Assembly: GCA_965112735.1 (NCBI GenBank)
Contig: OZ218955.1
Span: 2,914,001-2,978,000, forward strand
Direction of reading: 5' to 3'
Source of the DNA: Phaeosaccion multiseriatum
Lineage: Eukaryota; Protista; Ochrophyta, other classes
DNA length: 64,000 bases
The stretch's first letter is position 1; every line of letters starts with the position of its first letter. Shown piece after piece: positions 12,997-32,882 of the stretch. Position numbers and translations under genes: made by a program. The notes beneath the pieces were generated by a model. It saw only the letters and a list, made by a program, of their open reading frames with translations, was not told the DNA's origin and made no database searches.

Positions 12997-15900
12997 ATGT
13001 CAGCTGTCAAAGGCGTGGAGATGGAGGTTGATTCGGAGGGCCCCGCCCCGGCAGCAGACGCAGGCGAGGAGGCAGAGAGTCAGCCAGCGCCGGCCTCCAC
13101 TTCCCCTCTTGGTAGAATGGAGGTCGAGCCTGCCAATGAGGAGGAGAAACTCGAGGGAGGTGAGGAGAAGACATCAGATGCAGTGGAGCGGATAGGGGGA
13201 GCAGTTGGTTATACAGGACAAGCGGCTGGCGCCCCCTCTAGCACAGAGGAAAATGGCGGCACAAGCAGTAGCGGTAGCGGTAGTGGTTGTGGGAGTAGTA
13301 GTAGTGTTAGCGATAGCGTTGACGGTATCAGCGACCGGACTAGTAGTAGAAAGAGTGGAGGTGGCGTGAAAGCCAGCAGTAGTGGAGCCACTAGCAGTGC
13401 CAGCGCCATGGAAGAGGAGGATGAGCGAGAAGGAGAAGAAGCAGGACCACAACAAGAGAGGGAGGACAGCAAAAAGGGGGCGAAGAAGAGTAGCAGCGAC
13501 GACGACGGCGGCGAAGGAGAGGGGGCGACAGCAGCAGTAGCGGCGGCAGCAAATGGAGGCAACCCGCGACTGAAGACTGGCCTCCGAAAGAGTGGTAGCG
13601 GAGGGAGTAGTAGTAGTGACGAGGATAGCGACGAGGACGCTTCAGCAGCGGCAGCAGCAGGAGGAGGAGCGGGCGGAGCCTCGGCGTCCGCTCGTTCGCC
13701 GGCGGGGGGCAGCCCAAAGGCCAAGGGAGCGAAGGGGGATACGTCGGGGGCGGAGGGTGGCTGGAGAGTGAAGCTGTACCAGCTCAACAACGAAGGACAG
13801 TGGGACGACAAAGGAACAGGTAACAGAGAGCACAGGGAGAAGCGTGAAGAATGGGGGTGGGTGGGGGAGGAGAAGCACCGAACTCCGTTTACGCACGTGG
13901 ACAGTACAGGGAGGGGCTGATGGTGTATGAAACGCCTCTCGTTCGTAACCACCCGTCCCCCCCCCCCCCCACCAACGCCCAGGGCACATTACCTGCAAAT
14001 TCGTAGAGAACTTGGGCGGTGCCGCCCTCTTAGTCTCCGCCGAGGAGGGCGGGCGTGAGCTTCTGCAGAGCAGAGTTGTGGACGGTGATGTGTACCAGCG
14101 GCAGGGGGACAACATTATCACTTGGTGTGAACCGAGTTGCAACGGCATGCTGGGCTTGGACCTGGCGCTATCCTTCCAAGAGAATCAGGGCTGTTTGGAG
14201 ATTTGGGGGCAAGTGTGCGAAGTGCAAGGGAGGTTCGCGGGCGACTATAGAGGGGGTGGTGGGGGAGGAGGAGGGGGAGGAGGAGGGGGAGGAAGCGGAG
14301 GAGGAGGGGGGGGGGGAGGAGGAGGAGGAGCGGGGGGTGGTGGCGGGGCCGGGGGGATGGGAGCGGGAGGAGGAGGAGGAGGAGGAGGAGGAGGAGGGGG
14401 GCTGAACCCGTCGAACGCGAGTCTTCCCGAGCCGAAGCTCGACACCCTGACGGAGATTGCAGAGGCATTAACGAGCAACGTTACGGCGTTGAGTGTGCGA
14501 GAGGCCTATGCCTTGTGGGTGGTCAATGCAGGGGAGGCTTTTGTGAGTCAGCTGCTCTCCGTCTTCTCGGATGCAGAAGACTTGGAGGATATGGAGAGCA
14601 TTCACAAGCTCTGTGCCATTTTCAAGGCTCTCATCTTCCTCAACGACACGTCTCTCCTGGAGCTATTGCTCAGCGACAATGTCTTTGTGCCCATGACCGG
14701 AGTGTTTGAGTTTGACCCCGAGCTAAAAGAACGGGCTCATCACCGCGCCTTTCTCAACGATGTGGCGGGGTTTAAGCAGATTTTACCCATGGAGGATCAG
14801 GACGTTGTGGCCAAGATTCACCAGAACTACCGAGTCATGTTTCTCAAGGACGTGTTGCTGCGGCCAATGCTGGACGATGCCGTGGTGAGCACGCTCAACA
14901 CCATTACCTTCTTCAACAATGCCGAGATTGTGGTGGCGTTGTATCAGGACAGCGATTACATCAAGCGCGTGTTTTCGCTGCTGCTGGTACGTACTTATGT
15001 CAGAGGGAGAGGAGAGGAGAGGAGAGGAGAGGAGAGGGATGTACTAAGGGGTGCATCGTATGTGTGTAGGGATGTACTAAGGGGTGCATCGTATGTGTGT
15101 TGCGTTTCTGTGGGTGGGTCGGTGCTCTCTCTCTCTCTCTCTCTCTCTCCGTGTGTGTGTGAGATCAGAGGTGGCATGCGGCCTCCGTTGCCCATGCGCT
15201 TGGGAGTGGATATCCCTGCTCGATCGAGCGACCACTGACCACACTGCCACCTGCCACACCGCCTATATCTCTACTCCCTCTCTCATGTTTGTTTTGATTC
15301 GCCCCTCCCCCCCTCTGCCTCCCCTCCACCGCCCGAGAGCAGGAGGAGACAGTGTGGACGGAGGAGCGGCGGAGAGAGGACGTGCTGCTGTTCCTTCATG
15401 AGCTCTTTACCATGGCCAAGACGCTGCAGCTCACACAGAGAGACTCTTTCTACAGATACCTCTGGAACGAGGTGCCTCTCTTCGACGTGTTTGTGCCCGT
15501 GCTAAGGGACCCCAATGTGAGTGTGTGTGTGTACCAGTGCGTGTGCGTGCGTGCGTGGGTGTGTGAGTGTGTTCGAGGGTGAGTGTGTGAGTAGTGTGTG
15601 TGTCTGTGAGTGACTGTGAGTGTGAGTGTATGAGTAGTGAAAAGTGAGTACTCCTCTGTGTCGTGTTGTGTGGTACACAACCGACGGACAAACCAACCGA
15701 CCATCCCTGGGGAGCGAGCTGCGAGTAGCTTACCGAGACCACAGCCTTGTACACACACGCCCTTCCTCCTTGAGTTCCCTCGCCGAGTCTCGGCGATGGA
15801 AGTTGGCAGACATGTAGATGTAATCGCCTCTCTCTCTCCCTACCTCCCTCCTTCCCTCCCTCCATCCCTCCCTCCCTTCCTTTCTTCCTTCCCTCCTTCC

Positions 15901-17061
15901 TCCCTCCCTCCCTCCCTTTCCCTTCCTCCCTACCTCCCTCCCTCCCCCCCTCCCTCCCTTCCTCCCTTCCTCTCCCTTCCTCCGTACCTCCCTACCTCCC
16001 CTTACCTCACTCGCGGAACCTCACCCCACCCAACCCCTGCGTTGGTGCTGTGTGTCTCAAAACAAACACACGTCACGTGCTGCACTGCAGGCAACGCAAC
16101 CCGAGCGAACGGCCGTCATGGAGATTTTGTTGAGTAGCCTCAGCCACGACCCTGCCCTCCTTCGCACCCATGTGATTAAGCGATGCTCGCACCCGCCTCC
16201 TCCGCCCACGCACGCGGATGTGACGGGGGCACACAGACCGGCTGGGGCCATCACAGGGGGGAATGGGGAGCAACCCATGATGGCGGAGAGTGTGGAGGAG
16301 TGCGAGAGTTTGCTGTTTTGGGTGCTGCGAAGACTCACCACTGACGACGACACTGGCGTGTTGGTACAGGTGAGGGATGATGGCAGTGGATGGGAGAGGG
16401 AGGGAGGGGCAGTGTTAGCAAGTTGACGGGTGGAAATGAGCGCGCCGAGAGGCTTTCAGAACAGGCATGGAGTAACGGCCACTCGCGCGTGTGTCCTCTA
16501 CCCAGGAGTGACTCATTCGAACGGCCCTTCCCTGTTGCTTCACGCGCTTGCTGCTCTCCACTCTTCGTTCACACCACACAACTGCTTCCCTCCTTTCTCT
16601 CTTCTGTCCCATCGCCCCCACCCTTGCTGCACTGCTGCTGCTGCCCCGCCCCACTCCATCCACCCACCTGTAAATCAATCAGGCGGCGGAGATCTGCCGC
16701 ATGTGCCTGGACACAGAGACGATGGAGGGTATGCCGGAGAAGGACAACTTCCTCGGAGTGTTTTACGACTATTACATACAATGGCTGGTAAGAGAGAGAG
16801 AGAAGATGTTTGCAGCGTATGTGTGCGTCTGTGGAGTGTGCGCGAGCGAGTAAGTGTTTGTGTCTCCAGCTTCCTTCGTAGACGGGAGGCCGTGTGAAGA
16901 GCAGCTGGAGCGGACGGACACCTGCTGTACTGTTTGGGTGTGTGTGGGTGCTTGCTTTCCCTCCTCCTCCTCCTCCTCCCTCTGCCACTTTCTCTGTGTA
17001 TGATGCGTCTGTATGCCCCCAAATGTACGGCATCCACCCTCTCCCCAATGCGCGACACACA

Positions 17062-17124
<63 letters not shown>

Positions 17125-19764
17125 ACACACACACTCACACACTCACACCCCACACTCTCTCTCACACACACACCACAGATTGAGCCTCTCTGGCCAAGCA
17201 CACCGCCCCCGGAGAGTCAGCAGCACACGCACGCACACCAGCAACATCAGCGACCGGGTCAGTCGCAGCAGGCGCCTCAGACTCCTCAGCAGCACAGCAC
17301 TCAGTCCTCCAGCTCCACTCAGTCTACGGAGAAGTCAACACAGCACTCCATGAATGGCACCACCCCCAGCAGTGAGAAGAGCACTAGCAGCAACGGCAGC
17401 AGCGGCGAGAGCCCCGGGGGGTCAGGGAGTGGGGGCTCCGAGCCGCAATTGTTGGCAGGACTGGGGCTGACGGAGCCCGGGGGGGTAGCAGAGAGCAGTG
17501 GTGCAGCAGCAGGTGCTACTGCGGCGGCGGCGGCTTTAGCAGTTGGTGATACGGCAGTAGGGGGCGGAGCACCAACAGCACCAGAGGGGGGGGAGGCAGC
17601 GGTGCGGGCATTGCCTTCGTCAGGGGACGGGGATGGTGACGAGGGCAGGGAAGGGGAAGGGGGCAAGGCAGCAAGCGCGGGTGGGGATGCTGCTGTCTCG
17701 AAAGCAGGTGGGAGCAGCAGTGTTGGTGGCAAGGGAGAGGGTAAGCCTTCTCACTTTTCGCCCCCCTCGCCAGCAGCACCGTCCACACCCCGCGGTGTGA
17801 AGCGCGTGCTGACTGCGGCGGACGAGAACTCAGTGGCAGCAAAGGCGTCGCGAGGACACGCCTGCGAGGTTCTCTCGTTCTGTGTGAGGTCGCACACGTA
17901 CAGGATGAAGGTGCGTTCGCGTTGTGATGAGTCATTGGCGTTGCGCTTTGCCTTCATTGCGTGTATCGCGGTGGCCGTGTAAGGCGGAAGCGGAAACCAC
18001 CCGGCCTTACGTTGACCGATACCTTACGCTTCATCCTCCTGTCGATACCATCGCCTCTCGAAATTCCCTCCCTCCCTCCCTCTCTTGCCCGTCGTCCAGT
18101 ACTTTGTGCTGCGCAACAACATTGTGAGTCGGGTGCTTCGCCTCCTGCGGCAGAGGGACAAGTACCTGAAGCTGGCGGCCACGCGGTTCCTGCGCAGCTG
18201 CGTCGGCATGAAGGATGAGTTTTACAACAGATACCTCATGAAGAACAACCTCTTTGCACCGGTGAGTGCGTTGAGGAGGAGGAGGAGGAGGAGGGGGAGG
18301 TTGAGCTTGCGGCTCGTGGTCTTGTCTGGCCAGCCCTCCAGTTGCTGTCCTGACACCGCCTTTTGTTCGCTGTCAACGGTGTTCATCCCGGCTGCCCACC
18401 ACCGCCCACCCCCTCTCCACTTCCATCCTTTTTCTCCGCCTCCTCCTCCTCCTCCTCCTCTCCCTTCCCGTCCTCCCCGCCATTCATTGCCATCCTCTGT
18501 CGTCTCTCTCTCTCCCCTGAACTAGATCTTTGCCCTCTTTCGGGAGAACGGGGGCAAGGACAACCTGATCAACTCGGCGGTGATTGAGATGGTGGAGTTC
18601 ATCCGATCTGAGAACATCAAGTCGCTCATAGAGCACATTGTAGAACGTTTCAGGAACACCTTCAAAGACGTGACGTACGTGCCGACGTTTCAGAACATCA
18701 TTCTCAAATACGAGCAGAACAAGGACCTCCAGGAGAACAGGGAGAGAGACTCGCGGGCGGAGGATCGGGCCGCGCGGGAAGGAGGAGGCTTGGGGGGGGG
18801 AGGGGGTGGAGGCGGGATGGGCGGTGGAGGCGGGAGACAGCAGGCAAGCAGAGCGGCGGCGAGTCGGAGGAGGGTGCAGGAGGAGGATGACGATGAGGCT
18901 TACTTCAATGAGAGCGACGATGGGGATGAAGATGAGGACGAGGACATGGTGGGACCGTCGCCCTCGGTGCAGGGGGGAGGAGGGGAAGGAGGAGGAGGGT
19001 CACGTGTGGGCGGGGTGTGGGGCGGCAGCGGCAGCAGCAGCGGCAGTAGTGGCGGCAGCGGCAGTAGCGGTGGTGGCAGCAACGGTGGGGGTAGTACCAG
19101 TAGCGTGGGGGGTGGCGGGTCGGACGGAGAAGACCACGACGCGGGTGATGGGGCAGGGCGGAACGGTCCTGGAAGAGCTTCCGACTGGTTCCGACTGGTG
19201 GCGTACGACGAGGATGACGACGACGACGACGAGGGGGGGGGCGGGGCGGGGGGCGAGGAGGACGGCCGCACCGACGAAGACGACGACAAGCAGGCACAAG
19301 TCAAGAAGCAGAAGGGGCACAAGGGGCAGAAGGAGCAAAAGGCGCAACAGCGCCGGGTTTCGAGCCCAGTGCCACTTCGGGGGGGTGAGGATGCGGCGGC
19401 GCGAGAAGAGGGCGAGGGCAGGTCTCGCACCCCTCCCCTGGGATCGCTTCCCTCTCACCTCGCGGCGTCGGTGGCGGCCGCTGTGTCGGGGTCTGTGTCG
19501 GAGTCTAAGGCTTCGGCTTCTCAGGCGGCAGCAGCGTCCCTGCTGTCGACCTTCACACCTGCCTCCTCTTCCTCCTCCCCCGGCACCGCGACGTCACCGC
19601 CGAGACCGGGCTCTCCGGCTCCCTCAGCAGCAGCAGGAGCAGCAGTTGGTGATACTGCAGCGTCTTCGGGGCAGAAGCGCACTCACGAGGCCCAACCGCA
19701 GCAGGAGGCGAAGGAGGGGCGCGGTTCGGCGGCCCCGGACGCGAAGAAGTCGCGTGGCGTTTGA
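12997..19764 (+). CDS. SMEK: Protein phosphatase 4 regulatory subunit 3 (SMEK/Psy2/PP4R3); exons 12997-13819, 13983-14986, 15343-15516, 16091-16369, 16683-16787, 17179-17910, 18100-18261, 18526-19764
   Basis: EVH1 motif RVKLYQLN..GQWDDKGTG, YQRQGDNIITW, LALSFQENQGC.EIW; SMK-1 region KIHQNYRVMFLKDVLL; LSFCVRSHTYRMKYF; DEFYNRYL; NLINSAVIEMVEFIR. All junctions GT-AG and in frame. Confidence 0.96.
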
Positions 19765-20349
19765 ACAGGGGGGTTGTGCGTGCGTGCGTGCGTGCGTGCG
19801 TGATTGCGTACATGCCGGTGATGGGGGTGGCAAGAGGTCACGACAGAGCAGCAGCAGCCGCCAGCAGGGGCAGCTGAGTGCGGCTGTTGCGAATCAGGCT
19901 GGGTGGTCTAGGTAGGCAGGTGGGGTGGGTGGGATCACGTTAAGGGGGTTTCTGCTGTTTCCCGCTGTCCCTTGGAAAGGTTACATCGTACATAATTAAT
20001 CCCATACTTTCTGCTACAATAGCTTTACAGTATCTGTGTGGTAAGTCTGTACGTACCAACACACGGCCGGGCTTTTGGATTTTGAGCTGGTGGGCCACCT
20101 GCACGTCAGGGGCCCACCAGCTTCACCCCAAGCTTCACTTTTGATTTGGAATTTGTCCTTGTTGCCCTCCGTCCCAACAGATATTTCAAGGAGGGAATAG
20201 AGGAGCAGAGGGAAGAGGGAACAGAAGATATGAGAGAGAGAGAGAAGAGAGCCACGCAGCGCGAGAGCAAGCAAGGGAGGAAGACGAGACGTTGGAGAGA
20301 GTCTGTAATCTAAAACTCTGGACTGCCACAAGAGGGAGGGAGTAGTGTC

Positions 20350-24786
<4,437 letters not shown>

Positions 24787-25791
24787 CGCCCACACTTATG
24801 CGTGTGTGAGTGTGTGCGTGTGTGTGTGTGCTTGTGTGTGTTTGCGTGTGCGTACGTATGTGTGCGTGTGCGTGCGTGCGTGCGTGCGTGTGTGTATGTG
24901 CGTGTGTCTGTGGTGTATGTCTCTTCGTGTGCCTGTGTCTACGTTTAATCGTGCCGGCAAGGGTACACGTCTGACCATGTTTGGGGGGTCATAGAAGGAA
25001 GCGTCGGGCAGCAGTTAGAGCCACGCTCTGGGGTTGTACATTGGGACGAGGGGAAGGGGAAACGGAAACAGAGAGGGGGGTGTACGACGAGGAGGAAGGA
25101 GGACGGAGAGCACTCAGACCATTTCGGTCTCTGTTCGTCGGCTTGAGGGGTCGTCGGACGGATGTAGAGTGCGTGTGTGAGTACATGGATGGCACCTTTG
25201 GCAGGTATGTGCCGCAAACGGCCTCAATGGAGGGTCTCGCCGGAGGGGGTGGCGAGGGAAGGCGGAGAGGAGAGACGTTATGATGGCATCACACAGGAGG
25301 AAGGGGGAAGGGGTATTTAGAATATAGGGTATGTAGCAAGCAATGCACCTCGACGTGTAGAATAGGGGGCAAGAAGGGCAGACCTATAGCCTGATTGGGG
25401 CATAGTTTCAGTTTCAGTTTATAGGGGCATGGAGTGGGCGGTAGAGGTGAAGGTTTAAAGACCGTTTGAATAGGATGTAAGTATAGGAGAGAATAATAAA
25501 TACTGAAGTACGAGTCAAGGAGAACCCTTCTGCTATTAGGGGAGAGTTCTCTAATTACCCATTCTCCCCTCGCCTCCTTGCGCCGCTTCGGCCGTCCTTG
25601 GAGGCTGTTGTTTCTCTTCTCTCCCTCCACCCCCCTCTCCACTATGGCCCTTCTCTCCTCCCTCCTCTCTGCCTCTTCCCTCCATGGCACCCTCCATCCA
25701 CCCACCCACCTACCCACCACGTTTTAAGAGAGCATAAAGTAGACATCTACTTTCTTGCTGTAACTGTGGCCTAACCCTGCCACTCTACACT

Positions 25792-28370
25792 TTACACGTC
25801 GATGGCGTCCACTGCCTTATCCACCACCGAGTCCCCTCCCATGTCCATCCCCGCCTCCTCCTCCTCTCCCACCAGCTCTGCAGGGGCGCCCATCGGGGTG
25901 TCGGGGTATTTGCAGCAAAGGTTGCACACAAACGTGAACGGCTCGTTGGTTACGAAGCGGGCACGAAGTTCCTTGGGCTCCTGGGGGGTGTGGGGGGATG
26001 GCAGTGGATGGGCGGGTGGCGTGTGCGTGCATGTGAGAGGAGGGGGTATAGCACATTGACAAGGAGGGCCAAAGAATAACAAATTGAAATTCGTTACGTT
26101 GTTCTCTGCTCTTTTGGCGTATACGGGTATGCGGTTGCTGTGACAGACTAGCAGCCGAGGCCATAAGAATGGACGCTTGTCACTCAGCCTCACCCTCTCT
26201 CCCTCCCCCCCTTCATCCCCTCCCTTTCTCCCTTCCTCCCTCCTTCCCCCCCTCCCTCCTTACCACCCCTCCCCACCTCTCTCCCTCTCTCCTTCACCAT
26301 CCACTACCATCCACTACTCCCCCGCACCCACCTCTGTGAGCTTGGCATCTCCCTCCTGCTTGTCAGGCAGCTGCTCGAGCCCGTAAGCATCAAGCGTGGC
26401 CAGCACAGCCTGAGTGATGACCTCCTCGATGCAGAAGTCGTAGAGCTGCGGCATGGCGTAGGGGGGCACTACCCCGTTCGGGAAACCCTGAGGGAGGAGG
26501 AGGAGGAGGAGGAGGAGGAGGAGAGGAGGCACGTCAGGGCAATGTATACTCCAGCCCCAGGAAGCCAACAGCAGCGCCGCCCCACGAGTAGCGACAGCGG
26601 AGGAAGAGAGGCCATCTACTACGATCCACTGCCTGCCGCAGTCTCACAGTCGAAGCCCCCCCTCCCTCCCCGTTATACCCCACTCCTTTCTCCACGCGCG
26701 GTGCACTCACCGGGAATTTGGCATTCTACTCGCAGTAAGAGTATTTTGGAGCATGTCGAGCATTTCGAGCAGCATCCACAGCAGCAGCAAGAGCAATAGG
26801 GCGGCAAGAGAGAGAGAGAATGACAGACACATGGGAGTCCCAAGCAGAGGAGGGAAGTGGGCAGTGCGATTATCGAGCCGTCATTGACGACACAGCAGAG
26901 GAGTTGGTAGTACAGTGCAAGCGGAGAAGGGAGGAAGGGGAAGGGGAGGGGGAGGGGGAGGGGGCAGAGCAAAGTGGGTGTGATGGAAGGGTTGGGAGAG
27001 GGATACAGAGAGAGAGGCGGAGAGAGAGAGAGAGAGGGAGGCAGGCAGGCAGGCAGACAGACAGGGGAGAAAAAGAGGGGAGATATGTGGGCAAACGCGC
27101 AGCCACCACCGTCATGTGCTCGCGTGCCTCTTTGACAGGAGCAGAGCGCCTCCGGCCGGTCTGTATGCCTCCATTACCTTCCCTCTCCCCACCTATATGC
27201 CTCCATCTCTCTTCTCTCTCCCCGCCCGTACACCTGACTGCCTGTCCAGGGGGGATCCCTCCTACTGACCTTTCGCATGTCCCTCATGAGCTGCACGTAG
27301 ATGCCCTTGGTGAGCTCCGCCGGCGCCGTAATGGTCATTTCGTACCTAGCAATGTGGGCGTCCTGCAGCAATCAACCACCACCAGACCGTCGGAGAAGGG
27401 AGGGAGGGAGGGACGATAAACACAACCCGAAGGGGGGGAGAAGATAAGAGGGGGGGGGGGGGGGTTAGAGCGTTGACCCAGTCAAGGCCTGATGTCAGGG
27501 CCCAGGCACATGCGATTTCTCCAGCCTTCCAAGCGCCAGAAACAAGACCAGACCGGAGTGAGTTCGATGCGAGGGGGGCAAAGAGATGGGCCCCACCACA
27601 CACAGAGCACCCCCATCGAGCTCTTTGTCTTGCCGAGCACCTGTTGCTGCTGCTCGGCCCTTGCACTTTACTCACCTCACTGACTGTTTCCTTATAGACA
27701 ACGTCGGCGTCTTCTGTTGCCTGAGGCAGCTTCAGCGGCCCCTCCATAGCATAGAGGCGCTGAGAAGAGGCTTTCAGCACAGCGCAGAGGGCGAGAAAGA
27801 GAGAGGAGGGAGGGGGGGTGGGAGGGTCAACACGAGGCGCTGGGGCGGCGAGTGATTCGAAGGCCGAGCCAGCGTCCCACAGATACAGTAGATAGTTGTC
27901 TGTGCATGCAATCACATCACGCGCCACCTTGAGCCCATCGCAGACCATTGCAGGGATCTCTCCGTACTCAGGCCACTCGCTGCTGCTACTTTTCCCTTCG
28001 TCATGCTATATTTACTGTGAAATGTACGATTCTCCCTCTTCATTCACTATGTGCACACTGGGTTGCCCGGCATCCATTGATCTCACTAGCAAGGGCGCAT
28101 GGACCTCTCCCAAAGAGAGCATCACAAATCAATGAGCCCCATGCTGGGGACACACCGATATACAAAGCACCGTAAACGTTGCATCTAGTAACTCTGCTGC
28201 GTACCTCTGCTCTTCCTCTGCTGCTGCTGGGGCCTATTGCTCCTCAATCCTAATGATGACTGTGCTGTGATGGCGGGACCTACGACAAAGCACGAGGCAG
28301 TGTTCATGGAGGCGAGGAATGTCGCACACCCACATGCCGCCGCGATGAACAGAGATGAGAGAGGACTCAT
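25792..28370 (-). CDS. Plastid-targeted trigger-factor N-domain-only protein; exons 28370-28205, 27770-27676, 27362-27270, 26725-26711, 26487-26332, 25980-25792
   Basis: Leader MSPLSSLFIAAACGCATFLASMNTASC|FVV; YEMTITAPAELTKGIY...MRK-NAKFP-GFPNGVVP...EPFTF resembles Trigger_N. Exon phases are consistent. Confidence 0.78.
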
Positions 28371-28561
28371 GAGGAAGCGCGCTCTGCACTGACAAAGAAA
28401 AATGTCCCAAGTTTTTGTGTGGAGGGAAATGGGAGGTGTCAGGACAGTCAATGACATAATAGTAATATGCTACTCGATGGGCATCCATCGGCATCCGGTC
28501 TGTTCTCCCTCTCTACCGTGAGCAGAACGTCGGCCGGCTTCGGCTGGCTTCGGCTGCTGCC

Positions 28562-31143
<2,582 letters not shown>

Positions 31144-31880
31144 CTAGAGGGAGGGAGAGGGGGGAGAACAGAGGGAGGCGGGGAGGGGGGAGGAGAGAGC
31201 GAGGGAGAGACGAAGGGAGAGGGACGGAGGTGGGGAGAGAGAAGGAGGGGGACAGAGAGACATCAGGTAGGGGTCAGACACACACAGAGAAAGGGAGAGA
31301 GGTAGAAAGGTCGAGAAAGGGAGGGATACACCTCACCGTCGCGGTAGGACCCGGAGTTTTTGTTTGTTCTTCGTTTGTCTCCACTCTACTTCTCCTTGTC
31401 CACCCCCCGCTATCCTGATGGCGGCCAAGGCTGCGTAGAGCAATGAAGGACAGAGATGAGTACCACAGGAGCACGCGTTGCAGGGGAGGGAAGAGGAAAG
31501 GGGAAGTAAAAGTTGGGGGCGGTTTTGAGTGTGGGTACTCACAGATGGCTAAAAACACTTCTTCCTCTTTTCTTCTTCGACCATGGTCCTTACGTCCTGC
31601 GAGCACTCGCTCTCGTGCCTCTCTTTTAAGGGCCATGCGCGCACTCTCTCTTCCTCTCTCGTGCCTGTCTCCTTCCACCTGCGCTTTCCTGGAATTACCC
31701 CGCATGTATTGTTGATCGAACAACCCCTCTGGCGCTGGGTAGCTAGTTAAGGAGGAGGAGGATGTCGCTGCTTCGCTGCCGTACCCCCTCTTTCTCCCCC
31801 ATCCTCTGTGTGCGCAGAAGCTCGGCATAGACTTCGCGCATCCTCCCTAGAACCACAGCCGTTCCAATATGACTAGCCAC

Positions 31881-32353
31881 TCAGCCCATGCACGCACGCC
31901 TAGTCTAGCAGAGCGGTTTTGCTCTAGGCCGCTAGGCCGCTCGGCCTTCGGCCGATCTAGGCCTAGGCCGGCGGCCTCCGGCCGCTCTACGCCGCTCACT
32001 TTTCAGTCCTAGGCGGCCTCTAGCCCGCCTCTAGGCAGCCTCCCAGTGACCGTGGGCGCGTGCGTGGTGCCGCCCAGCCAGTGGGTAGCAGCAATCCCTG
32101 TACGCCTGCACCCCTCGTTAGGGCCATCGAGGCGAAAAGAGACAACACGAACCAAGTCTACTCCTCCCTTCCAATCCCATGCAATACATTTGCTTAAAAC
32201 TGACTACTCTTTTCACTCTGGGCACTCCCACCGTCCGCCTAGTTGGCGTCTGCCCTAGACGGCGGCATATAAATAGGCCGAGGGCCTACGGCCCTCGCTA
32301 GGCCGGGCAATTTTCCCAAATAGGTCTAGGCCGCTAGGCGTGCATGGGGCTGA
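31881..32353. mobile_element. Non-autonomous TIR element (MITE-like) A, 473 bp
   Basis: Ends TCAGCCCATGCACGC / GCGTGCATGGGGCTGA (imperfect TIR); flanks AGCCAC / AGCTAC (6-bp TSD, 1 mismatch); CTAG/GGCC-rich subterminal palindromes. Confidence 0.7.
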
Positions 32354-32882
32354 AGCTACGGCCATAGGCTACTACTAGCTGTATCATAGGCAGCCTCCTC
32401 GCTACTCCCCCCCGCCCCCCATCGCCCCCCCCAGCCGTCTCGTCACTTCCAAGCTTCCTCCCAGACATGCCTCGGCTGTCTGAGGGTGTGACGGGAGCTT
32501 CACTCAAGCCTCGTCGTCGCTGTCTCTGATATCGACTTTCCCTTCTTCCTTCTTCCCACTCTACTTTCAACTTCTTTCCAATCTGTGCGTGCACTTAGCC
32601 CCTGTGGGCCACTCGCGTCCTCTTATTCTCCCTACTTCGCCCCCCTTCCGACAACCGCACTTCGCTCCCGAACACCCCCTGCCTAACTGGGTCCCAACTC
32701 TACGACGCGAGGCTGTCCGACTCTTGCAAGCGAGCCAACAAGGAGGGAAGGGCTTGGCTGGTACATCTCTATCGCTCAGCGGTGAATCGCCTCAACGGTT
32801 TAGCTACATCTCGTAGTCATTGTTAGCCCCCCAGCTCTCTCGCTCAGCTCATTCTCTCCACCATGCCCTCCCATATCTCCCT

